A stretch of 64,000 nucleotides of DNA from Pseudomonadota bacterium (GTDB lineage: Bacteria; Desulfobacterota; Desulfobacteria; Desulfobacterales; RPRI01), in the NCBI GenBank assembly GCA_043825875.1, contig JBDRRF010000083.1, positions 32,001-96,000 of the forward strand, read 5' to 3'. Positions 59,933 to 64,000 of the stretch are shown piece after piece (position 1 is the first letter of the stretch; each line of letters begins with the position of its first letter). Made by a program: the position numbers and the translations under genes. The notes below the pieces were generated by a model, which had not been told where the DNA came from, ran no database searches, and saw only the letters and a list, made by a program, of their open reading frames with translations.

Positions 59933-60862
59933 ATGAAAAAGATTAACATCCTGCCAATTTGTATTTTAATATTTTTTATCTTAAGTACTGTATCTGTTTC
60001 GGCTGGCCAGAAACAATATTCACCTCTTTGGAATCCGAACTGTGAAAAATTAAAAAAGGAATTATCAGGTCAGAATCTGAATATAGTATTTACTGAAAAA
60101 CAGATTATAAAAAATAAACAAAAGCATTGGGTATTATACTGGCATGGGATAGAAGTACTTATACCTCAAGCTGAATATAAAGACGTTTATGTTTTAGTAA
60201 ATAAAAGAAATCAATATGAACTTATGCTGCGTACTATTGATAATATATTAATATCGCTTATGATTACCGAGCATAAACCTCAAAATGACATTTTTTCAAA
60301 AGATTCAGGTGATAAAATTCCGGTGCTAAATATAGAAAATATGAGGCAAACTGAAGCAATGTATGGCGAACCTGTAAAAGTATCGGATCTTATGCTTCTT
60401 GCGTATGAAACCACACCTGACCAGTTAACTTGTAAGGAAGAAAACCGCATTAAAGAAACAGCAATTGCAATTGCATTAATTTTAAAGACTATAACTTCTC
60501 CCGGCGTGACTTCTGCTTATAAAAATGTGGGCACCTATGATGGCTGGATAACAAAAAGCGAAGTTGAGAATAATATAGAATATGTTCTTAATATAATACC
60601 GTCTGATAGTGACAGTCAGTTTCTTAATATCACTTACAAATTACCACAGGAAAGTATTTATGCTTATATTCCTTTCCATGTCGGCAATAAAAATCCGAAG
60701 CCTGATAAAAAACCACCTGATTGGCTCATAGCGTTAAATAATGCATTAGAACTAAAAACAAATAACAGCTGGAACGAATATACATCGGTCGCAAAATCAA
60801 GTAGCATTAGCGAGAAAAGTACTTTAGAAACATTAAAAAACCTAAAACTAAAACAAGAGTAG
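59933..60862 (+). CDS. Secreted hypothetical protein
   Basis: Signal peptide; 309-aa ORF. Confidence 0.7.
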   Translation: MKKINILPICILIFFILSTVSVSAGQKQYSPLWNPNCEKLKKELSGQNLNIVFTEKQIIKNKQKHWVLYWHGIEVLIPQAEYKDVYVLVNKRNQYELMLRTIDNILISLMITEHKPQNDIFSKDSGDKIPVLNIENMRQTEAMYGEPVKVSDLMLLAYETTPDQLTCKEENRIKETAIAIALILKTITSPGVTSAYKNVGTYDGWITKSEVENNIEYVLNIIPSDSDSQFLNITYKLPQESIYAYIPFHVGNKNPKPDKKPPDWLIALNNALELKTNNSWNEYTSVAKSSSISEKSTLETLKNLKLKQE

Positions 60863-60893
60863 TTTAGATCCAATTTTTAACACTCAACAAGCA

Positions 60894-61901
60894 TTGAAAA
60901 AGATATATCTTTATTTAATTTGCAGGGCATGGAGGATAGAGTTTGAAATGCATAATTTTAAATACAATACTACTTCCGCCACTTCTATCCAAACAATCTT
61001 TTTAGGGTTGATTGCGATGTTTTTTATAAACCAAGCCACAGCGTTTGGCCAGATGCCTGTGCATATTGGGAATGATTTACTGTCACAGGCATCCCAACAA
61101 CGCGGAGTATCCGAGAAAGCAATAAGGGACCTTGTTGACGCTGACTTGATCAAACAAAACGCGTACCGCTCTGACTCGCTCGGCATCACCGGTCCTGTGA
61201 GACAAATTCAAGCCGGTGAAATTCGCTGGCTTCCACACGGATCAAAGGTCGGGACAGTCGGTTTGTCTATTTTGCCTGCTAATAACAGCGTCATTAAAAG
61301 ACCTATCCACCTTTCGATCAAATATCAAATCATACATGATGCTAAAGGGGCAGTTGAAATTAACAAGTACCTTTCCCGAGAAGATATCTATAATTCAGTT
61401 GTACTTGCACTGAAAAGTGAACAGGCTGTTGTTTCAGCCGTAAACGATTGTTTATTAGCGCTTCCGGTGGCAACACCGACAAACGGATCTTTGTGGCCTG
61501 AGGCACTTGATATTGCACGTTTTAATATTTACGACAAAGAATGGATGTTATCTTTTTCCAAAACAGGAATACTTCCCGGCACTGTCGAAGACCGGATATT
61601 GATTGTAATCAACGCAAAAACTCTAAAAATATCCATCATAACAGGTGTGGACACAATTGAATTCGCACGGGCAGCCATAGCAAGCGCCGGTTTCGATGCC
61701 TCACAAGCAGAATTTTATTTAATTAATCCCGGATTCAATCGGAAGTTGCCCGAAGGCGTTACACATAAGCTGTTGACTTCTCACTGGATGGTTCGTGCAA
61801 TGGGCGTAAAGGGTTGCGCCACCCCCTTATGGGTTCCCATCGAAAAATACACAATGAAAATTGGAAAGATTTTAGAGGCTCCAGATCCGGAGGTCAATTG
61901 A
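60894..61901 (+). CDS. Secreted hypothetical protein
   Basis: Long ORF; probable start at ATG 60948 after GGAGG; signal-like segment. Confidence 0.65.
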   Translation: MKKIYLYLICRAWRIEFEMHNFKYNTTSATSIQTIFLGLIAMFFINQATAFGQMPVHIGNDLLSQASQQRGVSEKAIRDLVDADLIKQNAYRSDSLGITGPVRQIQAGEIRWLPHGSKVGTVGLSILPANNSVIKRPIHLSIKYQIIHDAKGAVEINKYLSREDIYNSVVLALKSEQAVVSAVNDCLLALPVATPTNGSLWPEALDIARFNIYDKEWMLSFSKTGILPGTVEDRILIVINAKTLKISIITGVDTIEFARAAIASAGFDASQAEFYLINPGFNRKLPEGVTHKLLTSHWMVRAMGVKGCATPLWVPIEKYTMKIGKILEAPDPEVN

Positions 61902-61941
61902 TTTGCTATATTGATGTTTAATGAAAGGCGCAAATATTAAT

Positions 61942-61974
61942 AAAAAAAAGGGCCTGCAATTCTTGCAGGCCCTT
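61942..61974 (-). terminator. Intrinsic terminator downstream of the tRNA pair
   Basis: AAGGGCCTGCAA-TTC-TTGCAGGCCCTT stem with a T-tract on the minus strand. Confidence 0.85.
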
Positions 61975-61984
61975 AATGTTTTTT

Positions 61985-62059
61985 TGGAGGCGGCATCCAG
62001 ATTTGAACTGGAGAATAACGGTTTTGCAGACCGCTGCCTTACCACTTGGCTATGCCGCC
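61985..62059 (-). tRNA. tRNA-Cys(GCA)
   Basis: GGCGGCATAGCCAAGTGGTAAGGCAGCGGTCTGCAAAACCG...GTTCAAATCTGGATGCCGCCTCCA; cloverleaf with encoded CCA. Confidence 0.97.
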
Positions 62060-62067
62060 AAAAAAAA

Positions 62068-62142
62068 TGGAGCGGGAAACGGGATTTGAACCCGCGACTT
62101 CGACCTTGGCAAGGTCGCACTCTACCACTGAGTTATTCCCGC
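62068..62142 (-). tRNA. tRNA-Gly(GCC)
   Basis: GCGGGAATAACTCAGTGGTAGAGTGCGACCTTGCCAAGGTCG...GTTCAAATCCCGTTTCCCGCTCCA. Confidence 0.97.
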
Positions 62143-62397
62143 TCACTATAAAAACCTTATAAGCAGCATTATTAATATAATATCACGTACAGGTTTATAT
62201 CAAGTTTTGCAAATTATAAGTTTACATACTTTTTGTCAATAAATTTCTTGGAATTTTCTGTAGTGGCAAATAAGTAATACACAGGAGCTAAGACCATTTA
62301 AGAAGTGAATACCGAATCAGTCTCTCTGTCTCTGTGAAAGCCTGATGCTTGAATTTATAACCAACTTAATTCATAATGAAAAAAAGGTTAAATCTTT

Positions 62398-62913
62398 TCA
62401 TTCACCCTTCCAAGGCCTTTCAGATCGCTTTTCCCGCTGGTCAACTGTACGAGCCATTTGAAAAAGCAGATCAGAAAGCCTATTTAAAAATGGAATGATA
62501 TTTTCATTTTCAACCTTTAAAGCTCCAACACGACGCTCGGCTGTTCGCACCAAAGCTCTGGCAAATTGAATATGCGCTGAAAGCAACCCTGAACCGGATA
62601 AGATAAAATTACTTATAGGGCCAAGATCAGCTTCAAGTTTTTTTATCATTTCTTCTATAGCGTAAACCCTTGGTTTTTCAAATCCAACATGAGCATTTCC
62701 CAAAACGGAATTAATCCGGCACAAATTGCGCTGAATATTGTCGATTATGATTTTGAGGTCTTCATCTTTAAGTTGTGCATAAATAAGTCCAAGAAATGAA
62801 TTTGTTTCATCTATTGTTCCAATGGCTTCAACACAAATATCATCCTTGCTGAGTTTTTTACCATCGGCAAGTAGTGTGCCTCCGCTATCAGTATAAAGAT
62901 CATAAATTTTCAT
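62398..62913 (-). CDS. PduO-type ATP:cob(I)alamin adenosyltransferase
   Basis: GTIDETNS, ARALVRTAERR, LNRLSDLLF. The N-terminal TxxGDxG motif is divergent. Confidence 0.85.
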   Translation of the reverse strand: MKIYDLYTDSGGTLLADGKKLSKDDICVEAIGTIDETNSFLGLIYAQLKDEDLKIIIDNIQRNLCRINSVLGNAHVGFEKPRVYAIEEMIKKLEADLGPISNFILSGSGLLSAHIQFARALVRTAERRVGALKVENENIIPFLNRLSDLLFQMARTVDQREKRSERPWKGE

Positions 62914-63297
62914 AGGGACTCCTTTTTTATTTTATATTAAAACACATTATTAAATTTTTGCAAACTGTCCATAGATAAAGTTCATAGTAACAAAATCGCT
63001 TAACACAGGATATGGGATAATCCATAGAAGAAAAAATTAATTACGGTTTATAAATTTTATAATATTAATGAACGAATTATTTTCAAATAAAAAAGGGATG
63101 TCTAAGAAACTTGTTTCGCTTTCCGATGCGACCTGATAAATATTAGTCCATGATCTTTCCTGCTACCTGGGGCAAAACAAGATAATGACATAAGAACCAA
63201 TTTAATAACATCCTGTTTGGACAGATGTGTTAGGCTCATATTTTGCAATTAGTAAAACATATCGCTACCCTAAAAATACTCTATTCATCACTGCGGT

Positions 63298-63354
63298 TAA
63301 ATTTCGAGCCCAACGCTTAAGATCGGCCAAAATGTGGCGTTTTGAAACTTGCTC
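63298..63354. mobile_element. Partial copy (right end) of the MITE at 10972-11113
   Basis: AAATTT(C)GAGCCCAACGC....GATCGGCCAAAATG.GGCGTTTTGAAACT.GCTC shared with ~11061-11113. Confidence 0.8.
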
Positions 63355-63386
63355 AAATGATTAAATAATATCTTGGAGAAAAGTGA

Positions 63387-64000
63387 ATGAAAAACAGGCT
63401 ATACAATTTATTAGTTTTTCTATTTTTGCTGATTTTATTGTTTCTGACGGCCACAAGTTTTGCAGTCGACCTCCTTCCGCCTTCCGATTTTCCTCTCCTG
63501 GATGCTGTTAAAAAGGACGATACTCAAAAGGTAAAGTCCATGCTGGAAGAATCAGGTTCAAGTTTGAGTAAATATGAAATCAATCAAAAAGGCATAAACG
63601 GGGATACACCTTTATTGGTTGCTGCCAAATATGGAAATCTTGAAATTGTCAGGTTGTTGATCGGTCACGGCGCAATAGTTGATGCCGGCAAGGAAACCGG
63701 CGACAGAACGGCATTGATAGCTGCATCAGAACAGGGCCATTCTGAAGTAGTACAATATCTTATAGAAAAAGGTGCTGATGTAAATGTGAAAGTAAAAGGG
63801 CTCACTCCATTACTTGCAGCAAGCAGCGGATGGCATATTCCGTTTGGTTCCCCCGGGAATAAAGCAAAAACTATCAGTATCCTTTTAGATAACGGGGCAG
63901 ATGTTAATGTACAGGATGAATCATGGCTGAAAACCGGCAGGACTCCTTTGATGTTTGCTGTGATGCAAGGAGATGCCCAATCGGTGCAAGCTTTTCTGGC
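63387..64000 (+). CDS. Secreted ankyrin-repeat protein (partial, runs off the window)
   Basis: MKNRLYNLLVFLFLLILLFLTATSFA signal; GDTPLLVAAKYGNLEIVRLLI, RTALIAASEQGH, GRTPLMFA repeats. Confidence 0.85.
   Translation, partial: MKNRLYNLLVFLFLLILLFLTATSFAVDLLPPSDFPLLDAVKKDDTQKVKSMLEESGSSLSKYEINQKGINGDTPLLVAAKYGNLEIVRLLIGHGAIVDAGKETGDRTALIAASEQGHSEVVQYLIEKGADVNVKVKGLTPLLAASSGWHIPFGSPGNKAKTISILLDNGADVNVQDESWLKTGRTPLMFAVMQGDAQSVQAFL

Noticed and set aside
57510..61901. attC sites between the right-hand exported genes
   Set aside because: The gaps are short and AT-rich, without paired R/L boxes.
61872..62151. Short ORFs on both strands
   Set aside because: They overlap tRNA-Cys and tRNA-Gly.

Overview
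AT-rich bacterial chromosome segment. Gene content and order (xerC-hslVU-argBDFGH-lysA-dapF-dapL-folK-tal-pgsA, coaBC-UDG-nfeD-SPFH) suggest a Desulfobacterales-like sulfate reducer; this is an inference. The window has three zones. (1) 1-13.9 kb: mgtE, flavoenzymes and an unusual minus-strand cluster. The cluster has a MarR regulator, two short non-pyrrolysine MttB-superfamily proteins, an AsnB-type amidotransferase, an MgdA/SoxB-like FAD oxidoreductase, a PhnP-like MBL hydrolase and a nitrilase-family amidase, with no corrinoid partner gene in the window. This is the best candidate for an undescribed metabolic system. (2) 13.9-34.5 kb: a housekeeping block with MITE/REP insertions between genes. 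(3) 34.7-61.9 kb: an accessory region ending at tRNA-Cys/tRNA-Gly. It carries umuDC-SRAP and a probable decayed integron (tiny integrase-like remnant with a sigma54-type promoter, an attI-like site, and two attC-like hairpins around a HigBA-like cassette). One attC still carries the 5' tip of a group IIC intron at the canonical TTGT site. The region also has two RAYT transposase pseudogenes, two other group II intron fragments, a GC-rich two-partner secretion island, a DUF1302/DUF1329-like pair and many exported hypothetical proteins. All family calls come from motif recognition by eye; no database searches were run.
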